Shown here piece after piece: positions 48,637 to 59,352 of a DNA stretch of 64,000 nt. The stretch is from a virus: IMG/VR virus record IMGVR_UViG_3300043425_000861. One strand, 5' to 3'. Made by a program: the position numbers and the translations under genes. Below the pieces are notes generated by a model. It was not told the origin of the DNA, did not search any database, and saw only the letters and a list, made by a program, of their open reading frames with translations. How positions within the stretch are numbered: position 1 is the first letter of the stretch; each line of letters starts with the position of its first letter.

Positions 48637-48853
48637 CTCCCTTTTTTTATGTCCATACATCATCATTGTAATCTAATTACAATCAACTGAAATGTCAAAC
48701 AGCTTTCAGTGTGGTATTTGTCTTACAGATAACCGGTGGACATTTCTTCACCATCAGAGTTCCCTCAAAACTTTAACATTTCTTAACAAAGATAAATTTG
48801 GTGGTTTCATATAAAGATATTACTTTTACATCATAATCAAAAACACATACACT

Positions 48854-49102
48854 ATGTCAAAGTTTCAAAAAGTTATCGGTCAAATCGGTTTTACACTTAT
48901 CGGTCTATTCGGTTTGTGTGTAGTCCTTACCATTCTTTCTTCCGACTATCGTGGAGAAGAAGAATACAATCGTTATGTTGTAATTCAAGAATTTTTATTA
49001 AATTGGTACACGGTTACAATGTGTATTGTCGGTATGTTGTTCGTATCATTCACTTGGTTTAAGTTTGAACCAAAGAGAAGGAATAGACCAACGACTTTCT
49101 AA
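48854..49102 (+). CDS. 2-TM membrane protein
   Basis: Two hydrophobic segments; own promoter. Confidence 0.75.
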   Translation: MSKFQKVIGQIGFTLIGLFGLCVVLTILSSDYRGEEEYNRYVVIQEFLLNWYTVTMCIVGMLFVSFTWFKFEPKRRNRPTTF

Positions 49103-49305
49103 AAGAAAAATTTACAAGGTTGTAATGTCAAGGTGATGTCTAACAGCTTCACCTTGATTTTTTCGTTGTCCAAATAACCGGTGGACATTTTCGGTGGTAC
49201 AGATGATGATAAAAACTTTAACACTTCTTAACAAAAATAAATTTGGTATTCTCGTATAAGGGTTATATATTTGTATATCGTTAAACAATTAAATACATTT
49301 ATCAA

Positions 49306-49512
49306 ATGGAAAATCAAGAAAACAAACTAAAAGTAAAGTTGAGTCCGTTCAAGTCCGACCTTACATTTAATGAGTGGGTGGAGAAATACAAAGTTGGTAG
49401 TGGTTATGTGGAACCGACAAAGTATTTTCAAGGTAATCCTTCGTGTGGTGTCAAACCCATAAACATTGAGGAAAACAAAAACCCCATACTCAAATTCTTC
49501 TTTAATGTATAA
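49306..49512 (+). CDS. hypothetical early protein
   Basis: Own promoter and terminator. Confidence 0.7.
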   Translation: MENQENKLKVKLSPFKSDLTFNEWVEKYKVGSGYVEPTKYFQGNPSCGVKPINIEENKNPILKFFFNV

Positions 49513-49742
49513 AATCAAAACCCTACTTCGGTAGGGTTTTTTTATGTCTAATAATTTGTATCGTAGTAAAAACAACAAACGATAAAATGTCTTCCGGTTA
49601 TTCAGGAGCTGTTTGACATTTTCCGTGGACGAAGGAAATCCAAATTTTATTTGTTAAAAAAATAATTAAAAATTTAACACAAAATAATAGGATATATGGA
49701 TTATATTGTTTTACTTTGTTCTCAAATCAAATCACACTACAA

Positions 49743-49958
49743 ATGAAAGTAATCCAATCACGAATCACTGAACAACCGAAATCGTTGTTCGACCCAATCC
49801 CAAGAGTTTATGTTACATTAGAAAATGGAGTGGAAGAATTCCTATTCGACTACTACCCCGATGAAATCAGTTTCACACCGAGTGAGTTCATTGGTTTGAC
49901 AATCGAAGAATGTAGACACCTCAAATTCAAAAAGGATAGACATTATCTGACAAGTTAA
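49743..49958 (+). CDS. hypothetical early protein
   Basis: LFDYYPDEISF..EFIGLT. Confidence 0.75.
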   Translation: MKVIQSRITEQPKSLFDPIPRVYVTLENGVEEFLFDYYPDEISFTPSEFIGLTIEECRHLKFKKDRHYLTS

Positions 49959-50198
49959 AATCAGACCCTACTTCGGTAGGGTTTTTTTATGATGAAGAAT
50001 CAGTGTTCCGAACACCGATGGTAGGATGTTCAACAGCTTCCCATAGACCAAATAACCGGTGGACATTTCTTCACCACCCGTGTCCCCAAAAAAATTTAAC
50101 ATCCTTTAACACTTTTTTAACTTCTCAAATTTGGAATATCCGAATATTACTTTTATATTTGTATTGTTAATTAATCACACACTAAAAACACTTAACAA

Positions 50199-50405
50199 AT
50201 GAAAAATTTATTTCAAACCCTATTCGGTACAACCTTTCAAAATGTAGTGGACATTGTAAGTCAAATGGACACTATTGAAAAATGTCTATTCCTTTTTTGG
50301 AGTATTTGTGTAGTAATGTTTTATTCTACATTCCTTTACATTATCTATATGGTAGGTAAGGAGTTGGTATCTAAATTAGTATTCACCCTTAAAACTTCAA
50401 AGTAA
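50199..50405 (+). CDS. small membrane protein
   Basis: Hydrophobic central helix. Confidence 0.7.
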   Translation: MKNLFQTLFGTTFQNVVDIVSQMDTIEKCLFLFWSICVVMFYSTFLYIIYMVGKELVSKLVFTLKTSK

Positions 50406-50737
50406 TGTCAAATCACATTTCAACAAAATCAAGATGGGTTTCAACCGATGGTTGGAGAGGTTATTCAGAACCGATTAATGGTATCGGTGGTTGTAACCAC
50501 ACAGGTAGTTGGTCTGATAGTCCGTGTCCAACACACGTTGTGAAGTCAGAGTTAGACGGGTTTAAAAAAATCCTACGTCAAAACAAAATTAAGTTTAAAC
50601 AATTCGTTACTCAAAGTTCCAATGTCTTTTGTCAACACGTTTACATTTTAGTACACCCTTCTGATAGGGAACGTGGATTGGAATTGAGTAAGGAATACCA
50701 ACACCGAGAGGGAATCAGATTATTCTATTCGTGTTAA
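50405..50737 (+). CDS. hypothetical early protein
   Basis: WVSTDGWRGY...SNVFC; TAATG coupling to the upstream gene. Confidence 0.75.
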   Translation: MSNHISTKSRWVSTDGWRGYSEPINGIGGCNHTGSWSDSPCPTHVVKSELDGFKKILRQNKIKFKQFVTQSSNVFCQHVYILVHPSDRERGLELSKEYQHREGIRLFYSC

Positions 50738-51054
50738 TAGTTCCTCCATATACCCCCAACCCTCATCGAGAAACCGGTGGGGGTTTTTTATTGTCTTACA
50801 TATTCCGAGTCGGTGCATCCTGAATCTGTGGAAATGTCTTACAGCTTTTAAGTGTTGTCTTACAAATAACCGGTGGACATTTTACACCTTCCAGGGTGCC
50901 CGGGTCTTAAAAAATTTTAACACTTTTTAACAAAATAAATTTGGTAGTCTCGTATAAGGGTATTACCTTTACACTATGAAAAACGAAATGAAAAACGTAT
51001 TGATTAAATGGTCACTTATTTTAGTATTATTAACAATTAAAACCTTATTAGAAA

Positions 51055-51387
51055 ATGGTAATTAAATTAACACTCCTTAATGGAAACTCGTTTTTGGTAA
51101 ACACAAACCAAGTTCAGACAATCTTCCCTAAATTTTACAAAGGGGATTATGTAACTCGTATTCAGTTCAATCAAGAGACAATGATTCAAGTTCGTGAATC
51201 GGTTGAAGAAATTTACAATCAGATTTGGAACGAAGAAAAAATTGACACACCTTTTGAATTGATAACTCGTGATGATGAAAGTTTTGATTTTAAACCAAGA
51301 CCTCAAAGTCAAAGACCTCGATACAATAATCAACAAGAGTATCGACCTCGTTATGATAGAAACTATAACACCCAAAACCATTATTAA
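51055..51387 (+). CDS. hypothetical protein (FlbD-like N-terminus)
   Basis: IKLT.LNG..F.VN...I...T.I......VRESVEEI. Confidence 0.6.
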   Translation: MVIKLTLLNGNSFLVNTNQVQTIFPKFYKGDYVTRIQFNQETMIQVRESVEEIYNQIWNEEKIDTPFELITRDDESFDFKPRPQSQRPRYNNQQEYRPRYDRNYNTQNHY

Positions 51388-51388
51388 G

Positions 51389-51532
51389 ATGAAAGAGATA
51401 ATAGATACATTCAGAGAACATTACAGAGAAGACAGAAAAGATTTTTGGGAAGTGATAATTGGTTCGATTCTCATTACATCATTCATAGTCTTTATGTTTT
51501 GGTTTGTCGGAACGTTTTGTTACGATATGTGA
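51389..51532 (+). CDS. small membrane protein
   Basis: 47 aa with a C-terminal TM. Confidence 0.6.
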   Translation: MKEIIDTFREHYREDRKDFWEVIIGSILITSFIVFMFWFVGTFCYDM

Positions 51533-51794
51533 TTAGTAGTAGTGTAGTTTAACGATGAGAAATACCCTCGATGAAAGTCGGGGGTTTTCTTTTTGGTCTC
51601 AGTCGAGTCTACAACAGGTACTGGTGAAATGTCTTACAGCTTTCGTATAACCGGTGGACATTTTCGTAGTACAGAACCTTCGGGTACTGAGTAAAAAAAA
51701 ATTAACAGATTTTAACATTCTTTTAACCACGAATATTAGGATATATGGATTATATTGTTTTACTTTGTTACATCATTAAACCATATACTACAAT

Positions 51795-52115
51795 ATGAAA
51801 AATTTAAAAGACGAAAAACAACAATTAGTAAAGAACATTAGTGAGACTAATGACTTTAAAAAGTTAGAATTCACAATCATCAGTTTGATTATGGGTTGGA
51901 CAATCGACAACACTCATCAAGACGAGTACAAGGAGTTGATTAAACTTTCAGTTGGTCGATTGAGAACTTTATCAATCATCAACGGAATTGAACATCCTCT
52001 TATGGATATGGATGTGGACACGGAAGAAGATAGAATTAAAAATTCGTTCCGTTTGTCTTTGTTACATAATGTAATAGAGAAGAAAGAACCAACATTCGAC
52101 TTCAATTTGAATTAG
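51795..52115 (+). CDS. hypothetical early protein
   Basis: Own promoter and terminator. Confidence 0.75.
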   Translation: MKNLKDEKQQLVKNISETNDFKKLEFTIISLIMGWTIDNTHQDEYKELIKLSVGRLRTLSIINGIEHPLMDMDVDTEEDRIKNSFRLSLLHNVIEKKEPTFDFNLN

Positions 52116-52369
52116 GTGTTGTAAATGAATTGTGAAACCCTCGGACTTAAATGTTCGGGGGTTTTTTATTTCCATACCTCATCATTGTAATCTTTTTACA
52201 ATCAACTGAAATGTCTTCCGGTTATTTGAGAGCTGTTTGACATTTTCCGTGGACGAAACCTTCAGAAAAAAATTAACACTTCTTAACATTCTTTTAACTA
52301 CAAAAATTTGGTATTCTCGTATAAAGATTATACATTTGTAACATCATTAACAATTAAACATACTACGAA

Positions 52370-52732
52370 ATGAAAAAAGGAATTTTAATCGATGTTCACA
52401 ATCGTGAAATCAAAGAAGTAGAAATTGAAAAAGGTATTCAATCTATCTACGACCAAATTAAGTGTGACACATTTGATTGTGTTCAAATCCACGAAGAAAA
52501 TGATGTCTATGTAGATGACAACGGACTAATGAACTTAAATGAGAAATCTATGTTCTTTAGTTACAAGGGTTATCCACAACCTTTAAGTGGGAATGGTTTG
52601 ATACTTGGTATCGACCACGAAACGGGTGAAAGTATTGATACCACTTTGACAATCGAAGAAGTTAAAAAGAATGTAACTTTCTTAACTCTATTCGAAATCC
52701 AACTGATGTCAAGATTCGGTGTTTTAAATTAG
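52370..52732 (+). CDS. DUF3846-like protein
   Basis: ILID...I...I-x-C..FD-x-V...YVDDNGL...QPLSGNGLILG. Confidence 0.7.
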   Translation: MKKGILIDVHNREIKEVEIEKGIQSIYDQIKCDTFDCVQIHEENDVYVDDNGLMNLNEKSMFFSYKGYPQPLSGNGLILGIDHETGESIDTTLTIEEVKKNVTFLTLFEIQLMSRFGVLN

Positions 52733-52969
52733 TGTTATAGTGTGGGTTAGTAAGACCACTCCGAAAGGGGTGGTTTTTTTTTGACCACAATCCATCTTGA
52801 GTCAGGACCAGGAGAAATGTTTAACAGCTTTCGAATAACCGGTGGACATTTTCCACTCTTCCGGACGACATCTGATTTTAACATATCTTAACACTTCGTT
52901 AACAAAATAAATTTGGTGGTTTCAAATAAAGGTATTACCTTTATAGTGTTAAAAAAAAACAATACTACT

Positions 52970-53356
52970 ATGGGACAATTCAGTTGGATTACACAAGACA
53001 CGAAAAGGTCAATCTCCTCGATTACTCCTTTTCAAGTAACTATGACAGACCACAAAGGAAACAAGTGGACTGAAAATGATTACGAGGGTTATGGTGAATT
53101 TGGTGGTAAGGACTTCTTTTCACTACTCTCCGAAATGAATGGTGGTAATGGTGACCGAAATCACGGGATTGATTTACGATTTAGTGGTCAACCTTATCTA
53201 TCACCGAACTTGAACGAAGACCCGACAATCGAATGGAAAGATGAAGTTCCCGATGATTGTCCAAGACAAGGTTGGGTAGAGTACGACGAAGATGGTGACG
53301 AACTCCCCGACGAAGATGAAGATGAATGGGAAGACGACGAGGAAGAAGAAGATTAA
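52970..53356 (+). CDS. hypothetical protein with acidic tail
   Basis: MGQFSW...YEGYGEFGGKDFF...DCP-x-QG. Confidence 0.8.
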   Translation: MGQFSWITQDTKRSISSITPFQVTMTDHKGNKWTENDYEGYGEFGGKDFFSLLSEMNGGNGDRNHGIDLRFSGQPYLSPNLNEDPTIEWKDEVPDDCPRQGWVEYDEDGDELPDEDEDEWEDDEEEED

Positions 53357-53590
53357 AAAAGAGACCACTCCGAAAGGGGTGGTTTTTTTTTGTGACCAAG
53401 AAGAAGATGTAACCTTACGGTTCGGGAGAAATGTCTACCGGTTATTTGGAGCTGTTGGACATTTTCGTAGTACAGAACCTTCGGGTACTGAGTAAAATCA
53501 TTAACATCTCTTAACAAAGTTTTAACTACTGATATTTGGTATTCTCATATATAGGTATTACCTTTATACCCTAATCAAACTACTACTATT

Positions 53591-53881
53591 ATGGAAAACA
53601 ATGTAAATGTATTTGAGTTCGGAGTATCGTTAGGTCAAATCGAGTTCGTTCAAAATTGGGACTTAGACCTCAACGATAATTGTTCCGAGGAGAATTGTGT
53701 TAGTGTTTTAGAAAAACTAATGGATACCAATCAATTTGAAATGGAAGAAAAAACATTTGGTATGGTTATTCGAAATGAAGAAAAGGATAACACCTACTTC
53801 GTTCTTACTCGACCTTATGTTGATGGTTGGAGTTGGGACTTTGACCACGAAGACACTATCGAAGTCGAAATCACAATCTAA
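53591..53881 (+). CDS. hypothetical acidic early protein
   Basis: Own promoter and terminator. Confidence 0.75.
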   Translation: MENNVNVFEFGVSLGQIEFVQNWDLDLNDNCSEENCVSVLEKLMDTNQFEMEEKTFGMVIRNEEKDNTYFVLTRPYVDGWSWDFDHEDTIEVEITI

Positions 53882-53981
53882 ATAGAAACCCCTCACACGA
53901 GGGGTTTTTTTATGTCAAGAATTTATCCAACGGTCGTCAGAGTGGAATGTTCAACAGCTATGTTAAAAAAAAGTTTTAAAT

Positions 53982-54027
53982 TTTAACACAAAATATTTGG
54001 ATATATGGATTATATTGTTTTACTTTG
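53982..54027 (+). promoter_or_regulatory. representative early promoter (Bacteroidota sigma-type) with upstream TTAACA
   Basis: TTTGG-atatatggattatattgtt-TTACTTTG; similar copies precede almost every cassette from 46.6 to 62.8 kb. Confidence 0.8.
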
Positions 54028-54050
54028 TGGTATCAAAAATTAGAAAAGAT

Positions 54051-54551
54051 ATGACCACGATTGACAAATTTATTGACGACCAACGAAATTTCGTACTACG
54101 AGTGTTCAAAGGTAAAAGTGAATTATCACCTATGTTGTGTATGTTGACTGAAAAGGAAGGTAAGACCTATACTTCTATGTGTCCTATACCTACTGAACTG
54201 ATGACTGATGAGGGTAAGGATATTATTAGGTACGGAATTGTTGAGAAAGTAAAAGAGTCAATAAAGAAAGATGGTCACAAACTATTGTGTGTGAATTGGA
54301 ATAGTGAAGGGTGGATGTACCAAAGTTCAAAAGAACAATTAAATGAAGTTGATGGTTACTACCGAAAGTTACCACGAACGGAAGTATTGTTAATGTCCTT
54401 TGATACGGAAGAGGGTAGTAAAATCATTACCTACGAAATCGTTAGGAAAATGTCAGTTGGGGTTGATGGACTAAATGAAGAGGTGGAAGTTGAACTTATG
54501 AAACTTGGTGAAAATTTTACAACAAAGGGTAGGTTTACAAATATGTTTTAA
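54051..54551 (+). CDS. hypothetical early protein
   Basis: SEGWM...R-x-EVL...GRF. Confidence 0.8.
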   Translation: MTTIDKFIDDQRNFVLRVFKGKSELSPMLCMLTEKEGKTYTSMCPIPTELMTDEGKDIIRYGIVEKVKESIKKDGHKLLCVNWNSEGWMYQSSKEQLNEVDGYYRKLPRTEVLLMSFDTEEGSKIITYEIVRKMSVGVDGLNEEVEVELMKLGENFTTKGRFTNMF

Positions 54552-54808
54552 TGGTTGACTCGTGTTTTTTGTTATAAAGAGGTAGGACTTTGTCTTACCT
54601 TTTTTTTGTCCACAATCCATCTTGGTTCCCGTCCTGGTAAAATGTTCAACGGCGAAAGCTGTAAGACATCCTCAGCTGTACCCTGATATGACAAGGTTGT
54701 CAAAATAATTTAACACTCTTTAACATTTTTTTAACTACAAATATTTGGATATATCAATTATATTGTTTTACTTTACACTATTAAATCACACACTTAAAAA
54801 AATTAATT

Positions 54809-55093
54809 ATGGAAAGTAGAATTGTAGTAACAAGACGTGGTGACTTCGGTCACGATTGGAACTTGATTGTTGAAACACACAATGGTATCAAGAACTTTTA
54901 TTTGGGACAAGATGTAAAATTTTGTAGTCGAGTATTAGGAATGTCACCAAGAGAAATTGTAAACGAAATCGGTACGGGTGACTTCACCAAAGAAGAAAAT
55001 CTAAAACTATTAGGTAACTTCATTAGTGAACATTTAGGATTGGTTGATGAACAAGTACAAGAATTGGAAACGTGGGAATTGTGTTGTCAGTAA
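54809..55093 (+). CDS. hypothetical early protein
   Basis: FYLGQDVKFCSRVLG. Confidence 0.75.
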   Translation: MESRIVVTRRGDFGHDWNLIVETHNGIKNFYLGQDVKFCSRVLGMSPREIVNEIGTGDFTKEENLKLLGNFISEHLGLVDEQVQELETWELCCQ

Positions 55094-55282
55094 AATCTAA
55101 ACGAAAAGACCTCAACGAAAGTTGGGGTTTTTTTATTTCATTAATAATCAATCTTTTACGAATTCAAACTTCAACTGTTACAATGTCGAACAGCTATGTT
55201 AAAAAAATAATTAAAATTTTAACATAAAATATTTGGTTATATAAATTATATTGTTTTATTTTGTATTCTAAAATTAACCACT

Positions 55283-55480
55283 ATGTTACTACCAAAGTAT
55301 GAAGAAGTCCCAATGAAATGTATCAAAGTAAGTTTTAGTGAAGACAAGTTCTATCACATATTCTTACAAGATGAAAATGATGTCAGTAGTTGTATGTCCA
55401 TAACCGATAATATGGGTTTACCACTTGACTTTAACGAATGGGATAATGTTCTACTATTTCTTAATCTTAAAACACACTAA
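55283..55480 (+). CDS. hypothetical early protein
   Basis: Follows a promoter. Confidence 0.65.
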   Translation: MLLPKYEEVPMKCIKVSFSEDKFYHIFLQDENDVSSCMSITDNMGLPLDFNEWDNVLLFLNLKTH

Positions 55481-55482
55481 AA

Positions 55483-55776
55483 ATGAAACATTTTGAAGAT
55501 GTAAAAAAGGAATTAACCAAAGGTGGAATTGATTGGGTATTAGGTACGGAAACGGGTTGGAGTGAGAACTCCTTAATCTTTGATGGGGGTGATTGTAAAA
55601 TTCTACTCTATGTCGAGGAAGATGAAAAAGGTAATTTGTCCTTAACTTATCACGACCTATTTGAAGAGGGTGAATACTCACCAATCTTTGACAACACGAA
55701 TGAAGAGACCACAACAAGTTATCGTGGTACTGATACTTCGGTTAAAGGTATGTTAAAAAACTTGGACTTAATTTAA
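55483..55776 (+). CDS. hypothetical acidic protein
   Basis: 97-aa ORF followed by a terminator. Confidence 0.7.
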   Translation: MKHFEDVKKELTKGGIDWVLGTETGWSENSLIFDGGDCKILLYVEEDEKGNLSLTYHDLFEEGEYSPIFDNTNEETTTSYRGTDTSVKGMLKNLDLI

Positions 55777-56132
55777 GTTTGTAAATCTTAAACACGACCA
55801 CTCCGAAAGGGGTGGTTTTTTTTTTGTCCAAGAAGATGTAAGGTTACAGGGGTGGGAGAAATGTTTAACAGCTTTCACACCAACAAAATAACCGGTGAAC
55901 ATTTTTTCACCCAACAGGTGTCAAAAAATTTTAACACTTCTTAACAAAGTTTTAACACAAAATATTAGGTTTATTCATTTTTATTTACGTACTTTGTATT
56001 GTTGAAATGAGGGAGATATATCAAAAAAAAATTAACATTCTTTAACATTCTTTTAACACAAAAAATTTGGTATTCTCATATAAAGATTATACATTTGTAT
56101 TGTTAAATTATTAAACACTAAAAGTTACTACT

Positions 56133-56648
56133 ATGGTAAATCAAACATTGTTAGTTGACTACGATACTATGGTATCAGTATGTCGTGGAATTACGAAAGG
56201 TCAATTCGTAAACCTATTCACTTCAACGAAAGTGAATATGAATAAGGGTGGTCGTCAGGGGTTGAATACCTACTACGAGAAAGTGATTAAACACGTAAAA
56301 GGGAATGTCCGTCCTTTGTGTGACTACGAGTTACGTATGGACAACGAGAATGAGAAACGTGGTTTACCCGAACACGAGTTGGGACAAAACAAAGTTGGTA
56401 GTCACGTGGACGAGGTTGGTTGTGTTACTCGTAACGAAAAGTTAAATCGTTACTACTTTATGTACGAGTTCTTCGACAACGTACGAGTAAAGGTTGACTA
56501 CGAGTTCGAGGGTAATTCTATCGAGAAACAACTTTTCGACCAATGGGTTATCAAGTCGACAAAGAACAACGTGAATGTTCGTCAAGTGAATATCGACAAC
56601 ATCAACGAAATCACTATCGACAAAACGAAGTACATTAGAGTAAGGTAG
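56133..56648 (+). CDS. hypothetical early protein (paralog of 47414-48022)
   Basis: See 47414; both genes have tandem double promoters. Confidence 0.8.
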   Translation: MVNQTLLVDYDTMVSVCRGITKGQFVNLFTSTKVNMNKGGRQGLNTYYEKVIKHVKGNVRPLCDYELRMDNENEKRGLPEHELGQNKVGSHVDEVGCVTRNEKLNRYYFMYEFFDNVRVKVDYEFEGNSIEKQLFDQWVIKSTKNNVNVRQVNIDNINEITIDKTKYIRVR

Positions 56649-56875
56649 GGTTAAAGTTCATAGGTGAAAGGGGGTGTAGTAATACACCCCTTTTTTTTTG
56701 ACCACAATCCATCTTGGTTCGGGACGTAATCCGAAATGTCTACCGGTTATTTGAAAGCTGTAAGACATTCCAACTCAGATGGGACGTCCTATTTTCTTAA
56801 CACTTCTATAACAAAATAAATTTGGTAGTTAAATAAAAAGGTATTACTTTTACATCATAATCAAAAACACTATTA

Positions 56876-57211
56876 ATGGAAACACTAATTATCACATCAT
56901 CATCAAATCAAGGACTTAATGATAAGATTAAGTCATACACCGAACAAGGTTATAGAGTGGTAGGTACACACCAAGTTGTAGAGACACACCACCAAAATCG
57001 TTTTCGTGGTACTCAACACGTGGATACAATTATCGAACGTGAGTATAGTATTACTATGATAAAACACCAACCTACTGATGAGGACGTACACCCATCATTA
57101 AAAGTTGGGATATACTACCGATACCGAGGGGGAGACGTCAAGATATATGATGAGGACGAAATGAGAAACGAGTTCGAGGAAAAATTATCTAACCTAATAA
57201 ACCCATTGTAA
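56876..57211 (+). CDS. hypothetical early protein
   Basis: C-terminal YDEDEMRNEFEEKL resembles the C-terminus of 58621-58974. Confidence 0.75.
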   Translation: METLIITSSSNQGLNDKIKSYTEQGYRVVGTHQVVETHHQNRFRGTQHVDTIIEREYSITMIKHQPTDEDVHPSLKVGIYYRYRGGDVKIYDEDEMRNEFEEKLSNLINPL

Positions 57212-57212
57212 T

Positions 57213-57422
57213 ATGAGTGAAGTTTATGTAATTGTCTATAAAGACACCACGTTTAATCACGAAGACACCATTGAGGGAGTGATAGAAAAAGAAAATCAAT
57301 TTTCCGAGTGGTTAATTCGACACAATAACGATAGACGTGAATTAGATGAGGACAACGACTACTTTGTGGAAGAAACCGAAGAGGACTTTCAGTTGGTACG
57401 AGTTCCATATTTCAAATCTTGA
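57213..57422 (+). CDS. hypothetical acidic protein
   Basis: 69-aa ORF. Confidence 0.7.
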   Translation: MSEVYVIVYKDTTFNHEDTIEGVIEKENQFSEWLIRHNNDRRELDEDNDYFVEETEEDFQLVRVPYFKS

Positions 57423-57551
57423 TGAGGAGATAAAATGTTAATGGAATGTCTAACAGCTTCCATTAACACTTTTTAACAATCTTTTAACGAGAAATACTTG
57501 TTTATATCGTTTATATTGTTTTACTTTGTACTTCATTAAAATCTACACAAA

Positions 57552-57803
57552 ATGAACAAAGAAAAAGTAACCCAAGTTGTTAAAGGAATGATTATCGACC
57601 GAATAACCGAAATGGTGGAAGATATGTCGAACCACGACTTTGTCGAGAATGTAATGGATAGACTCGAAAACGAAGGAGTTGTAATGGACTTTGAAAACGA
57701 AGAAGTCCAAGAAGAAATTACCGAACTTATCGGTACCCAAGTTTTACCACTACTTCACAAGATGTCGGAGTATATACTCGGTAAGGAAATTCCTATCAAG
57801 TAA
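57552..57803 (+). CDS. hypothetical acidic protein
   Basis: Own promoter and terminator. Confidence 0.7.
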   Translation: MNKEKVTQVVKGMIIDRITEMVEDMSNHDFVENVMDRLENEGVVMDFENEEVQEEITELIGTQVLPLLHKMSEYILGKEIPIK

Positions 57804-58052
57804 TTCTCAAACCGAGTTAAAAACCTCACAAGAAATTGTGGGGTTTTTTTATGTCCAAGAAATTACAACCTTGTAAATTTTCAAAAATCTTGGAATGTTC
57901 AACAGCTTTCAAATAACCGGTGAACATTTTTTACCCCAACAGGTACGAAAATTATTAACAGATTTTAACAAAACTTTTTATCAAAGTATTAGGAAATATC
58001 ATTTTTATTTATCACCTTTGTATTGTCTACTAACCAATAGACATCTACAACT

Positions 58053-58376
58053 ATGGACACATTGTTCAAATCACAAATCGAAAATACTCTTACTACCAAT
58101 GTGGAGTTTGAGTTCTCTTTGGACTTCCAAGGACAAGTTGAGTACATTGAGTCGGAGGACACCGACCAATTTTTGGAATTGGAACGAGTAGTTCTATTCC
58201 TTGTTGAAAAAGATTTAATCCCTATCAACGAGAGAACCGAGGGTGTTGTAACCATCAAAGATGGTGTTGTCGAAATCGACTACAAGACTTGTTCACAACT
58301 CGGTGAGGATTGGGGTGATGATGTTTGGGACGAACACATTACCAAAGTTTCAGTACAAGATTTGGTAGGGGAATAA
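58053..58376 (+). CDS. highly acidic protein (DNA-mimic candidate)
   Basis: Very Asp/Glu-rich 107 aa; mimic role is speculation. Confidence 0.7.
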   Translation: MDTLFKSQIENTLTTNVEFEFSLDFQGQVEYIESEDTDQFLELERVVLFLVEKDLIPINERTEGVVTIKDGVVEIDYKTCSQLGEDWGDDVWDEHITKVSVQDLVGE

Positions 58377-58409
58377 TCCCCTACTTTTTTTCATTATAAA
58401 ACTACAACT

Positions 58410-58616
58410 ATGTCAAAGTATCAATGTTTATCTCCCGATGGTTTCACGATTGAATTCGACAAGTGGACGTACCCCTCAAAAAAACAAATGATGGAGTCCT
58501 TCAACAAATGGAAAAAGAGGTACGAACAACAAGGGTATTATAGTTCCAACAACTACGGACGAATTCCATTAGACCAATTAGAAAATTATTGTACATTCAA
58601 AACCATTAAATCTTAA
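58410..58616 (+). CDS. hypothetical early protein
   Basis: LSPDGFTI...W..RY..QGYYSS..GRIPL. Confidence 0.75.
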   Translation: MSKYQCLSPDGFTIEFDKWTYPSKKQMMESFNKWKKRYEQQGYYSSNNYGRIPLDQLENYCTFKTIKS

Positions 58617-58620
58617 AACT

Positions 58621-58974
58621 ATGTTAAAAGTTAAAGACCACACGAGGTATCGTCATTTCGATTACGAAAGTGAACCAAGTACTACGTACCAACTTGGTGA
58701 TGTGTTACTCAAAAAATACGATGATGAATTAAGTTCGGAAATTGGAGTAGTAATACAAACATTCTCCGATGGTGATTTTAGAACTGATATGTGGGGTATG
58801 AGTTCATATAGTGAAGTATTACGAGCTAAACTATCTGATGTTAAAGAATATAGACCTGACCTTCTATCAGATTTAATTATTAACATAGATGTTTACTTCA
58901 CTACCGATGATAATGGTGAGATAACATTTGATGTTGAGGAAATGGAAAATGAGTTAATCCACTTGACTATGTAA
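58621..58974 (+). CDS. hypothetical protein
   Basis: EIGVVIQ...FRTDMWG; carries the first Ala codon after the GpC-free zone. Confidence 0.75.
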   Translation: MLKVKDHTRYRHFDYESEPSTTYQLGDVLLKKYDDELSSEIGVVIQTFSDGDFRTDMWGMSSYSEVLRAKLSDVKEYRPDLLSDLIINIDVYFTTDDNGEITFDVEEMENELIHLTM

Positions 58975-59352
58975 AACATTAATGATATATTTTTGTTATA
59001 GTTTAGTGTTTAGTTTGTTTGGTAGTAAGTTTAAAGGTGGATAGAAATGTCCACCTTTTTTCATTTATAACATCATCTTCACCTGGAATCCCAGGTCAGA
59101 TGTTCAACAGCTTTGTGGCCGTAAGACATTTGTCTGGTTTAGCCCGAGTCCCATTCTTCAGAATAACATATTGATTAGCAACTCCTATTTCATTTAGTGT
59201 GAAACCATTTATAGCCGTAAGACATTCAATGCAGCGCGCGCTGGTCCTGATTCCAGTGTTAAAAAAATAAATTAAATTTTAACAAAAAAACTTATCAAAA
59301 TATTTGGTTTATAAATTCTCGTGTAGTAATTTTGAATTCTAAATTAAATCGT

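Noticed and set aside
46641-58616. Protein-level alanine avoidance (tRNA-Ala limitation) or an alternative genetic code
   Set aside because: GC is missing in all reading frames and in most intergenic DNA, so the constraint is on the dinucleotide. ORFs read normally in the standard code and no suppressor tRNA is seen.
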